From Psilocybe cubensis (lineage: Eukaryota): DNA of 64,000 nt. Location: positions 1,178,001 through 1,242,000 of the forward strand of contig CM039010.1 of assembly GCA_017499595.2 (NCBI GenBank), in the 5' to 3' direction. The notes under the pieces are model-generated. The model saw only the letters and a list, made by a program, of their open reading frames with translations. It searched no databases and was not told the origin of the DNA. How positions within the stretch are numbered: the stretch's first letter is position 1; every line of letters starts with the position of its first letter. The position numbers were made by a program, and so were the translations under genes. This document shows, one piece after another, positions 13,565 through 25,802 of this stretch.

Positions 13565-15738
13565 ATGTCCGGTTTCTCCAGTCAATCCTTCGCGCTTGTC
13601 ATTGCCATTGTGATATCATGGGCCACCATGAGATTACTGAAAGCCTTTATTATTAATATAAAAAACAGACCACCCTACCCTCCTGGACCTCGGCCAAAGT
13701 TTCTCATTGGCAATATGTTCGATTTACCGTCCGTTGATTCCCCAATGGAATATGTGAAGTGGGAAAAGCGATATAACAGTGTGTCTAATTCTGTTCCACT
13801 ATATGTAACCTGACCTGGTTATAGGCCCTTTGCTCCACGCAGAAGTTCTGGGGAACCACATCCTCATAGTCAATGGTCTGGATGATGCAATTGCACTGTT
13901 TGAGCGACCAGAGAGGGCTAGGATTTACTCTGACAAACCAGCCTTACCTATTCTTGATCTGTAAGATGCCTCTTATTAGATGATTTACGGTTGTCATAGG
14001 TTAAAAATTTGGTGCGGATTACAGGATTGGAACAGAGATAAACATCGGTTTGATGCCGTACGGTGAAAAATGGAGAAATCATCGGCGGGTCAGCCACCAA
14101 AATTTCAATGTCCACGCTGTGCTACAGTACGAGCCAGTTCAAGCAAAGAAAGTGCGGGATCTACTCCATAACATTCTCAATAGCCCTGAGAGATTTCATG
14201 ACCATAATAAATTGTAATGTCTTTCCATTTCTTTTCTTCTAATCTTGCTCAATCCTAGTATTATTTCCAGGTTGTCAACTTCTGTCACCCTGTCAGCAAT
14301 GTACGGATACGAGGCTAAATCCGTTGATGATCCATGCATTGTTCTGGCGGATGAAGCGCTTAGGCTTACGTCTCAGCTGGTCGTTCCTGGAGGTAGCATG
14401 ATTAACGATATTCCAGTACTCCGCCACATTCCCAAGTGGTTTCCGGGTGCTTATTCCAGAAAACTTGCCGCTAAATCAAGAGCTCTGAACGAGGAAATAT
14501 GGAGAATCCCAATTGACTATGTGAAGAAAACATTAGTGAGTAAGATTTACACTGCAATCTAATGTGTGGAACATTGAATAGCAGTTTACCAGGATGAAGG
14601 TACCTTTTCACCATCTCTAGTAGCAAATTTCTACGAGAAAAAACTTGCATATGGGGCATCTGAAGAAGAGGAAGTCGCAGTTAGAAACACCGCCTATACC
14701 GCCTACGGAGGTATTCATCTATTGAACAACGGTTGACCTGTGCTCACACTGCTCCCTGATAGCGGGATCCGATACGGCAAGCGAATGTACTTGTTTTATT
14801 TTTGTTTGGCATACTTAACACAGTTTTACTAGATGGGATCCATCACCTACACATTCGTATATTTGATGATTTTACATCCCGACGTTCAGAAAAGAGCCCA
14901 CGACGAAATTGACAAAGTAATAGGATCAAATCGCCTACCTACTTTGGCTGATCGTAAGTCTTTGCCATACGTCGAAGCCATATATAGAGAGGTATTACGA
15001 CTATATCCACCCCTTCCCATTGGATTACCTCGAATCACCGCTGAGGATGATTATTATAATGGATACTATATCCCCAAAGGCAAGCAATTATCCGTCTTTC
15101 CGATACACAACGCCTTGAGCTCATATTGGGGTTTTAGGAACGACCGTGCTTACAAACATATGGTCAGCAGAACTCATTTTACTAATGCTATGCAATCATA
15201 ACATAAGCCACAGGGCAATGTCGCACAGCGAAAGGATCTACAGCGAGCCGTATCGATTCAACCCCGAGCGGCACTTTAACGCCAATGGAGACTTGGATGG
15301 AAAAAGGACACTGGGGTATGGATTTGGACGCAGGAAAGCAAATTTTTTTGCTTAAGTTTACATCGCCTCACATTATAATTACAGATCATGTGTGGGCAAA
15401 CCTATGGCCAGCAATACGGTGAATCCTCCTCTAGACTGTGGTGACCCTATCCCAATTTCTTAACATTATATGCCACAAGGCCTGGCTAATGATGGCTTCC
15501 ATACTTTACGCGTTCAACATAACGAAGGCGAAAGACAGGGAAGGGAATGATATCAAAGTAAACGACGAGTTTGAGACTACAGGAATTCTGTGGTGAGTAA
15601 ACTTAATCCTGCTCAAGTTATCACTCTTTCGTGATTATGATTTTCATTTCTCGTGCCATACCAAGTCGCAAGCAAGAATTTAAGTGCGATTTTCACCCTC
15701 GTTCCGCCGAGATACTGCGAGTAATTTTGGAAGCCTGA
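13565..15738 (+). CDS. Cytochrome P450 (CYP64-clan/CYP5144-like), paralog 2; needs a non-canonical GA-AG intron, otherwise a pseudogene
   Basis: YPPGPRPKFLIGN, MPYGEKWRNHRR, GAGSDTM, REVLR, FNPERH, YGFGRR|SCVG; same intron positions as paralog 1. Confidence 0.85.
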
Positions 15739-16075
15739 GAGTTAATTAAGCCTTGCTCAAGGTATTTAACTCAGAAATCATAGGTTTTTATTGACAAAAG
15801 ACCTCAGATGGCGCAAGAGCGGATGTCAAGCTAAAAAAATTGAAGTTCTTTTTGTTTATTAGAGATCATGTGACTGTGAGAATGTGACCGTAAAAACCAT
15901 CAACACTTTCAAAAAGCAATTTGATTTCAATTCAAGTTCTTAATACTCAACCAACCCAGAGCCCTGCGTATCTACCTCGCGCTCTCAAACGACAATCTCT
16001 CTACCTTTTTTCTCTTTTTCAACGCTGGATTTTCGTGCATCCAAGACTCTGTACCGGTTTCATCAACATTGGCGA

Positions 16076-16988
16076 TTAATCTGGCGTAGTTCCAGTGAAA
16101 CCATGAATCGTGTGGTCATTGCAGCCATTTGGTGTTTGATATCCATACGGGCCAAGGTTGATGTACACATGTCTATTCCCCTTACTGTCAGCACAAATAA
16201 GCCAGGCCTACGATGATCAATCCGAATCAGTGTCTTGTCATCACCCCCGGCATAGGCACAAATGTTGGGGAACGTACATTGCTCTGAGGCCTTGTTATTG
16301 CTGATGAGGTCCATTCTACAGTGTCGCCACTAAACTTGAATGCGCCAAGTGTATCTTTGGACTTGGACCAGGACACTTTAAGCTTCGAAACTGTGGAATT
16401 TGCGCGAGGCTCAACGACAGCATATAGAGGTGTATCTCCTTTATGAATCAATTGACCATCGGTAATTTGGAATTGGGCGGCGGTTACCGCCTCTCCGAGA
16501 ACGGCATCAGAAACAGTGTTGGGAACTTCAGACTGCAAATACTTGTGGAAGTTGGGCGAAGTCTATCAGGTACCTGTCAGTCAGATATATGCGCGATTTT
16601 TTGTGGCGTAGCACTCACGACGGCGCGAATGAAATTCCATCCTGGGGTGAGCGTTGGCGCTGGGCCACCTGGCCCTTTGGTTGTGCTGATACCACCACCC
16701 GGTGATGAGTCTATAGTCGTGGTTCCGCTTCCAGGGAACGATGTTGTCGTTGCGGCGCCTGGAAGACACTGCGAATACCATTGATTTGAGAATGTGCAAG
16801 TCCATCCTGAAGGACAGGTAGTAGGTCCTGACCATCCAGTACCACCGCACTGTTCTGACAATCAGCACTCGGCTCTAATTAGGGAACCATGTTGCAAGAG
16901 TATACACCTGTCCATATGAAGGAGCAGTCTGCGACAATGCAGTTCCTGCGAAAGCCAGACCGAAAGCAAGGAAGATGGTTCGGGTCAT
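16076..16988 (-). CDS. Secreted CBM1 + S/T/P/G linker + ~150-aa uncharacterised domain, copy A (4 exons)
   Basis: [56 protein letters not shown]...[20 protein letters not shown]...[48 protein letters not shown]. Confidence 0.92.
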
Positions 16989-17602
16989 TTTTAGAGATGG
17001 GGTTCAGTTGGTATATTTTTGGCACCTCAAATATAACCGTCCACATACCGCCAAACACTACTGTGAGCGACGTATGCTCCGAGCATCAGGCAATTTTTCG
17101 GCTTCGTTGTCATACTTCTCCAAAGGCTCGTGCATGCTGGACTGTTGTCCGAAGAGCTAGCCGATTCGGAACCCAAAACGGATGATATTCGGGCCATTAT
17201 TAAATGGAAAGGATTGCAAGTCTTTCCGGGATCTGTGGTGGAGGTCAGACTAGCACTGGCTGCCGCCACCACATGACGGACACCGACACCTGGAACGAAG
17301 GGCATGTGTAAAACTTTGCCAGTGAAATAGAGGCGAATTAATGCGATGTAAGCTCCGCGGTCCTGCGATGCACCAACACAGCCGCTGCTTCTACCGATCC
17401 TGTCCAACATTCTATCTAGTTCTATTTCTTGGCATTCTCGCGACCAAAAAAAATGGGTCTGATCTGGCAACAAATGACATCTTAGCCTGGTTACTGAGTA
17501 GTGAAGTCTTGGTCAAACACTCAAAAAGGGATATTGTGGCGCATATCATCTTTTTGGAATTATTTCTTCTCGGGCGTTGTAAGTACATTGTGATTTCAAC
17601 TT

Positions 17603-18507
17603 TTACGCTGTGGCAGTCGCTCCAGTGTAGGCGTGGATAGTCTCGTCAGCGCATCCAGCTGGTGTCTGGTAGGAGTACGCGCCAAGGTTAACATACAAGT
17701 CTTTGTTGCCTGCAGCATCTGGGCAAACCAGCCATGCCTACATGCAGGAATCAGCCAATTGACACGGACTCAAGGAGGATCGATAAAGATTCTCACATTG
17801 TTCTGTGGTCGTGTGATGCTGGGGTTGCTCCACTCAACCGTATCGCCACTGAAAACAAACGTGCCGCTGGTGGCTGGCGTAGTTGACCACGAAACTTTTA
17901 GCTTCACCACTGTAGAATTTGCACGAGGCTCGACCACAGCATACAGGTTCTTTCCGTTAGCGTTCTGGATCAGTTGTCCTCCAGTAATCTGGAACTGAGC
18001 GGCCGTGCTAGGTTCTCCGAGTACGGCATCCGACGCAGTGTTGAGCACCTCAGACTGCAGGTACTTGTGGAAATTTGGATCTTCCTGTGGAATAACATTA
18101 AATCAGGTACACAAACAGGCATTATTTGTTTAACGTACAACAGCTCTTATGAATGAGTATCCCGCCTGGAGAGTGGATGATCCACCAGCTGCGGTTGTCG
18201 TTGACGATGGCGCCGTGGTTGACCCTCCGGGGACGGTTGATGTTGTGTGGGGTGCACTGCTGGAGGCAGCTCCGGGAAGGCATTGGGAATAATATGGGTT
18301 GGAGTATGTACAAGTCCATCCAGAGACGCAGGTCGTCGCTCCTGACCATCCCTGGCCTCCACACTATAGAGAAATGGTGATGAGTATATCTATGGCATCC
18401 ATAGTCACTTGTTGGTATTTTCACACCTGTCCATACTGTGGGGCCTGCGCAATGACCTGGCCAACTAGGGTGCCCGCTAAAGTCAGAAAAAGAGCTAAGC
18501 TTGCCAT
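17603..18507 (-). CDS. Secreted CBM1 + linker + uncharacterised domain, copy B (4 exons)
   Basis: [56 protein letters not shown]...[20 protein letters not shown]...[49 protein letters not shown]. Confidence 0.92.
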
Positions 18508-19332
18508 GTCTTTCGAATGTGTAGATGATACCCAGCACACAGTATGACGGATTGAAAACTCATCGTTTTATACTCTTGAATTTTTCTTTATTTTTAGAGC
18601 AGCTACACGCAGGAAACCGACAAAGGCCTTACTTCGGCTTGGCTTCAGTGATATGAAGAGCCTAATAATCGAAAACAATTCCTCGGTGACCTAATAAGGT
18701 GGTTTTGTTTGTTGATTCGCGTCGACTGAATACTTCAACTTTACAGAAGTTATTTTTAGACAAGGTCATCCAGAGGGTAGGCGGAGAAATACGCAAAAAG
18801 AATCCGAGCTTAGTCTTGACGCTAACTTGATATCGTAGCGCTGATTATCATTCGAATAAACATAAGGCGAAGTAAATATGACTGTTATATGTCATTTGAA
18901 ATCTAGCAATTGAAAATCAGGGACTCACAACAATAGTATCTACATTTTCACAGTTAAAAAACATTCAGGAAACCTTCCTGACAACGGCACCCAGTCGTAA
19001 TATCTTCGGCTGAAAGTGACTTTGCAATAGGTCTACACCGACAGGTGCAAAAACGATGGGTTAATTGTGACATAATTTTACCGGGGGGTTCAGCAAATAC
19101 AAAAACTTAACTACCTGACTCAATGGCACTGATGTTTCTCTAAGGAGTTACATTGAGAGGGGTCAGTTATGAAATGATACCGACTGATCTTGCAAGTATA
19201 AATTGGTTTTAAGTTGCACGTTGGACCCACAAGTCTATACTTCCCATGACCAAGAAGCATCGGCTGGCGACTGATGATCAATATATACAGGAGAGAAATG
19301 GGTCGTATTTTTGGTTAATCTCCAGAAGTTAT

Positions 19333-20220
19333 CTAAGCCGTAGCAGTAGCTCCGGTGTATGCATGAATTGTTTCATCTGCGCACCCAGCTGGGGTCATGT
19401 AGTCATAAGCGCCGAGGTTAACATAGAGGAGTTTGTTGCCCGCGGCGTCGGGGCATACCAGCCATGCCTGATATAGCGAAATGCATTAGAAATTTTCGTA
19501 TAGTGCTATCCCGTACTCACGTTGTCTTGTGGCCTGGTAATGTCAGGGGTACTCCACTCGACAGTATCTCCACTGAAGACAAAGGTGCCACTGGTGGCAG
19601 GCGTTTTTGACCACGATACCTTAAGTTTGTTGACCGTTGAGTTTGCCCGAGGCTCGACAATAGCGTAGAGCGGTGTTCCGTTTGCATTCTGGATTAATTG
19701 CCCATTCGTAATTTGGAACTGAGCAGCTGTGCTTGGGTCTCCGAGAACGGCATCAGATGCCGTGTTTAGTATCTCAGATTGCAAGTATTTGTGGAAGTTG
19801 GGGTCTTCCTGTAAAAATTTGACATCAGAAATCTACTGGATACCACATTATAGTACATATACTTACAACAGCTCGGATGAACGAGTAGCCAGCCTGAAGT
19901 GTAGCAGATCCTCCTGTGGCAGTTGATGTCGAGGATGGTGGTGAACCTCCGCCTCCAGTTGACGATGGGGCAGTCGTGCTTGGTGCACTAGATGCAGCTC
20001 CTGGAAGGCATTGCGAGTAGTATGGGTTGGAGTATGTGCACGTCCATCCAGAGACGCAGGTAGTGGCGCCCGACCAGCCTTGACCTCCGCACTAGATAAA
20101 GAACGAATGAGCAAAGTCACCACAGAAGAAGAAAAAACTGACTTGGCCATATGCTGGCGATTGAGCAGAGGCATAGCTGATGGCGGACGATACTGCCAAT
20201 ATAAAAGTCAATCTCGTCAT
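19333..20220 (-). CDS. Secreted CBM1 + linker + uncharacterised domain, copy C (4 exons)
   Basis: [55 protein letters not shown]...[20 protein letters not shown]...[49 protein letters not shown]. Confidence 0.92.
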
Positions 20221-20851
20221 TGCGGCTGAGATTCGAGGAATGTGATACTGAGAGTCCGGCCCACTTCATGCACTTTTATACTGTTTCGTTATGTGTTTTT
20301 GCGGCATACTGCTGGCACGAAGGCGAAAACCGAACAAGAGGCTCTACTTCGGTTGAACGAGAATTCACAATGCAAATCTTGAAGTCGTGGTGAGCATATA
20401 ACCAATGACATCAATATTTATCCCTCCTCATCGGCCTCATGAGTGTTCATAACGCTATTAATATGCACTGGCAACGATCCTAAAAACAGCCAATTTTATC
20501 AAAGAGCACATGAAAGGACCAACTTCCCTACCCACCATCATCCCAATTTTTGTCAATCTGATCCATAGCGCAATTGCTATCGCAAACTTAAAGTCAGTCC
20601 AGATGTGCGGCGTTGATGAATCAGTCATTGACAAGATAAAGAGGATAAAGATGGATTGTGATAAATATAAAAGTTATTTCTTCGCGAAATCGTCGGATGG
20701 TATTTGATGCCTACTTCTGAGGTGGTCTTAATGAGAGTCAGAGTGAATATGCTGCGTTCTAATATAAGCATAAGAGTACAAAAATATAGACCTATATTTG
20801 AAAATTGTTTCAGCTTCTGTTTTCGAACATGATCCTGAGAAACCTGGAATC

Positions 20852-22971
20852 TCATGGGAGACCGGTCGAGTTACAAGGAGCTATGTTCAATCATTAGCAA
20901 CTGCAATTTTTGAAATTTGGCATGTCACCAACCAAACAGTCCCCTGATACCAGATGTATTTTGGCAGATGAGTCGCGGGGGTTGGCCCAAAGGCGGCTTG
21001 ACATCGAAATTCTGGAAGGTGATATCATTGCATCCAACTGCTGGGCTGCACTCAAAATCAACAACTACAATAAAAAAATGTGAATAAAAGTAGTCATGAA
21101 ACAGTATAACATGTGTGAAGTAACACACTTGTGTTGGTATTTGCTGTTCCACTCCAATTTTCAAAGCGAAGACCTTCAAACTTCAAGATAGAGGGTGCAT
21201 CTCCACTAGGTGAGCGTTAAGCACGTTAACGGCGACCTGCAAGGCGACGACGACCTACCTCATCCCAAGATTGTTTTGCAGTATGTGAACGGGCGTATCG
21301 ACCCCGTCAATGTACATATTTCGCACAGTCAGGTTATTCACAAGTCCTGCGAGAGTATATGTGCATGTTTGGTTGTAAATTTCGGGTAGTTCTCACCGCC
21401 TGCACCACCACCTCCTGTGGGCGGGGAGCCATTGACAGATCCATCCCAGGATTTGAAGTATACCTAAACATATCAGTGGAAATGCCTTGCTTTCATGTGC
21501 ACGTCACTAACCCCGTTCACCATGATTGGCTGAATTTTGGGATCTAAGCGGAACATCTACAATCAGGAGGGCTTGAGATTTTGCCGAAGGTTGACGATTA
21601 GGTTAATAATACCCGTATATCCTCCATGTCAACATTGAGCACAAAGTCATTCTGTTCGTAGGGAAGGTGAATTATATGATTGACATTCAAAATTCTGCCT
21701 TACAAGTCCGATGTATTGTCCAAGCGATCCTATGGCCACGCCGGTTCCTCCACGACAGGTTATGTTCCGAGCGACAATATTGGTAGAGTTCTTTAAGTGC
21801 TTTAGTGAGAATAACTAAATATATTGTAAAAAAGCAAACCTTACCCCCTTCAAAGCCAGACAATCGTCCCCGCAAGTTACGTCCCAATTAAGCAATGAGA
21901 TTCGGTCGCTTCTGTAGGTGTCAGTACCTAATTTATTGTCAGATTATTTCTCGTACAAGGGATTTATTCAACCTACCATCTGTGTTGGGAACAATACTGT
22001 GCAACACCCACAACAAAGGCGAAAATATTTTGTCAGTTATCATCGAAGAAAGTGGATATATGCGCGCCATACTTTTGCCCGAAGAACATAGAATCTTGGT
22101 TAGTTGCGTTTATGAACATTCCGTCCACAACCACATCTGTAGACTCTACTATCGCACTGGACCAGAAAGGAGGCGATTCAATTCGGAAATTTTTGATGGT
22201 TGCTCTTATAGCCTTAAACACTGTCAGCGATATGGGCCGACCATCCCCATCTTCGCGAGTACGAGTCGCGAAGAACGACCACCATGGCTACAAAAACAGT
22301 CCAATTACTGAATATATGTGGCGCGTTAAACATTCTGTTTACCTGCCCATTTCCTTGTATTCCACCTGTGTTGTGTGCGTCGATCTCGAAATCAGACCCG
22401 GTGACGACGAACCAAGATGCCTGGTTCTACGGGCACTGTAAATACATCTTGGTTTAAGTGTGAGGCGAAACAAACCTGAATGAAAACCACGCGATAGGTG
22501 TTGTTCGCGTCCAGCCAGAATTGTATGTCTGGAGGAAACTTCGTTGAATTATCAATAAGAGTGCGTGTTCATTAAAGTCGACGGTTGCATACACTTAGGA
22601 ATCCCTTCAAGTCGACCTTCGAAGAAACCAGATTCCATGTCATTTTCCTAAACGTTTAATGTTGAGTCGGTAGATGGCATTATTGAGCTGAAGAGCGACA
22701 GACCTAGTAATGTTATAGGAACCTTCTTCAAAAGTTGTTGTTCCAAATTGACCACATCTTGCAATAGCCTCCTCGACCTGCGCCTTTCAATATATTGTCT
22801 ATATTGCGAGAAATATAAATATATGTGCACCTGGTTTGTATCATCACGGCCGTGTCCTAGAGGTCGTAGCACACAATTTCTGGAAGGCTGTGGTTTAGCG
22901 AAGACAGGAGAATATGCATATAAAGAGAATATTAGAAAGAAAATTGGCCAGTAAGCGGATAAGGCTGTCAT
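20852..22971 (-). CDS. GH28 pectinase, exo-rhamnogalacturonase/RgxB-like, many short exons
   Basis: Signal peptide, GRDDT, IQGNGQ, DGRP, PNTDG|TD, CGDDCLALKG, CRGGTGVAIGSLGQY and YFKSWDG..GGGG. The polygalacturonase xHG and RIK motifs are replaced. Confidence 0.88.
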
Positions 22972-23296
22972 GTTTTGTCGAAGTAACCCTGCCGATTTGG
23001 GGAAGGGCAAGGAACAGCTTTATAGTGAGTCCGGTGCGACCTACGCCATGGAAGTTCGACCATTTGTGATGCCTGTGGAGAACGGGATAAGTTACGACAG
23101 CGAGAAGCAAGAACACACATCACGAGGAAATGAGGGCGGTCCGGAAACCTTCTGACACTAGCCAAACGGCTTAGAAGCGATTTAAATAGTTTGCATTTCG
23201 TTGAATGGGTAACAAGTGAGGGAAATTGTAAAAAAATCTGACTGCATCAAGGGGGCCGATCCAGAGCCGACATAACCTGCCATCCTGCAGTGTAGA

Positions 23297-25422
23297 CTAC
23301 ACTCTGCCAATATTGACACAATTCTCGATTTCCTTTACAGTGGGAAGACGTCCCCAAAGAGCCTTAAAGGATACGTCTGTCGCCGGTTCAACACTCGGGA
23401 TAAGATTCGAGTCGTCGCTAAATTCCATTTCTTGGTTGATGATGTAGGGCGAGGCGACGGTGCGAATTAATCCAGTGAGATTGTCGACGCCATAGATTTT
23501 GTGCCATAGATGAACAATTTCGGTAAGGAAATCCTTTATTTCACCTCTCTTCTCTGGAGTTATCGTCAATTGAAAACAATCGAAAATTCGTTTTGGTGGC
23601 GTGACAGACGGTGTAGCATTTTGGAAGGCCAAATTATGTGTTGGTTGGCATGGATCCGGTAGGCTTTTTACTTCGAAGGAATCCTTGACTATGTTCGCCG
23701 TCTGACCATACAGTGGCTTGGAACAGAACTCTTTATTTGCAGAGCCTTTCCGGAAGGAAACGACCAGATCTGACCGACGAAAACATGCATTCACAAAGTC
23801 GTTAACTTTAGGGTCAGTTAACGACATTTCAACACTGACGAATGGCTTCCAATCGTAGTTCAGCAATTCCATGTCCTTTAACCCGATAGTATTGCCTTCG
23901 CCTCTTGATGGGTTTGGTTCCAATCGTGCGTAGCTGTCGGGGATAAATCCACAAAGAAGGAGATTCATAATTCCCTCATGTGGGTACTTGAACAGATTAG
24001 ACTCTCGAGCAATTGGGACATTGCAAAGAAGGGCGTATCTCGTCAATTCAACAATGTCGTCGACCTACAGAAAAGGGAAATCAGTGAAAGAAGTTGATCA
24101 AAAAAAAAAACTACACTGACAGATTCGCAAGTCCTTCGAATATTGCTATAACAAGGAAAAAATGCAGCCATATGTCCCCAGCCATGGAAAGGAAGGCTGG
24201 CGTGGCTAAGATCTTTATGCACTCGTGCCTTGAAGACGACCACATATTCTCCCGTCGTACGGACCGGGTGGAGGACATCATCAATGGCAGCTCGAACGTC
24301 CTCAGCACAGAGATTATTTATCGCGGTCCAAATTTTCGTCACTGTCAACAGCTCCAAAGTGGTATCTTTCAACATATTAATAGCAGATTTATATTTTCGC
24401 GATAAGAGCATGAGCTTTGGGTCTGAACAAACGGCGCGACGGACGCAAGCCCAAATGACCTCCAAACGCTCAACGTAGAAGCGCGACTGAACAGGCGCAC
24501 AGGAGCGCGCAAGCTGAATCCAAATCTGTTCCCGAATGTTGTTGCACTTCTCCGCTAGAATCGCTTTGATTGGATCCATTTCATCTTGTAGTGTACTATT
24601 CTGGCTCAGGGATGAGATAGGAGAAGATTTTCTCGGATCAGGATCGTCATCGAGATGGTCACAATTTTCTGATTCTGTATCGGATGTTTCGTCATCCTGG
24701 CGTCCTGTCGCATTCATAGACGCGTGATGAAGCTCGTAAGCGCGCTGTTCTGCAACTTTGAATAAAAATTGTGTTTCGGAAAGTTGATCCTCCAGAATTG
24801 TTCGGTACTTTTCATGACCATAATCCTAAAAGAAAAGTGTCAAAAAATGTATTTTCAGGGATCCTAGAAATAGCAAACAAACCTCAGTGTTACTGATGAT
24901 AATAAAGAGTTGATGAGTGAATGCACGATGTCACGATATTCCAGTGAGAACTTACCCAAAGAACCTCTCAGTAAAATAAATACGTTTTTCTAGACACCTT
25001 GAGATCAATGCGGTCAGATACTTCCATGCAAGGGATCAACGCAAGGAAAGTTATATATGCGTACCGGCTCAGGAGACTTAGTCTACGTCGCAACGCCGCT
25101 GAAATTTCTACAACCTTGCCGCGCGATTTGCATTGTTTGAGTTCAAACGCAGTAACATCAATTTTCGGCGAGGCATCAAGTGCTTTGTGGAGGTTTTTGT
25201 AGCCAAAGTAAACCTTTTTGCGGACCTATAACAACCGATGACATGATGACAGTTAACAAGAGAGTTGGGTGCGTGAGAAAGAATGGCACCACTTGCTTTG
25301 TTATGCGTTATGCACCATAACGATTTGCCTGTATCCTCCACGGAGTTCGAACACTGGATCTTGGTGAGTCCTTTTGCATGTTCATGCACATGGACAAATG
25401 CGCATTTCGTGGATTTTCCCAT
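23297..25422 (-). CDS. Hypothetical protein, multi-exon, Cys/His-rich N-terminus; exon structure partly uncertain
   Basis: Consecutive open exons (ORFs 25108-25422, 24043-24717, 23297-24046) joined by plausible GT-AG introns; C..C..WCxxH N-terminus and a DYGHEKY motif. No family recognised. Confidence 0.65.
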
Positions 25423-25552
25423 TGGCAGGCAGCCGTCGAATTTGAGGAGCCGGTTGAATTGACGGGCATCTGTGCACTCATTTTATACCCGAAGAAAGTA
25501 GCCAAAAGGTCTGCACAGTGCATGGTGTATTCCCATTTGAGTAGAGGAAGAC

Positions 25553-25802
25553 GCTGCAACTGAAAGGGATCAAAGAATCCACATCAACTCCCCCATTCAC
25601 TGTGCAGATTTTTGAAATTTCAACCGGCTGCCTTTGAAAGAAATCGTAGAATCCACAGTCATTCGCCCATTCACTGTGCAGATTACTATACAAATGTCAA
25701 CCGGCTGCATTTGAAAGGGATCAATAATAGAATCCACAGTAATTCTCCCATTCAATGTGCAGATTATTGAAATGTCAACCGACCTACATTTGAAAAGTGA
25801 TC
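25553..25802. repeat. Degenerate tandem repeat, units of 74/77/77 bp plus a partial fourth
   Basis: Units start at about 25553, 25627, 25704 and 25781; shared blocks TGAAAG, AGAATCCACA, CCCATTCA(C/A)TGTGCAGATT and TCAACCG. Confidence 0.9.

Noticed and set aside
10805-15738. Secondary-metabolite cluster (e.g. terpene, psilocybin or amatoxin type) around the P450 pair
   Set aside because: No backbone enzyme, decarboxylase, kinase, methyltransferase, prolyl oligopeptidase or MSDIN-like precursor is visible in the window.
16076-20220. AA9 LPMO or GH identity for the CBM1-linked domain
   Set aside because: The mature N-terminus is the CBM1 rather than His1, and no GH5/6/7/10/11/45, CE or expansin motifs were recognised.
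25553-25802. CRISPR-like array
   Set aside because: Eukaryotic context, no cas genes, and the variable parts are homologous to each other rather than unique spacers.
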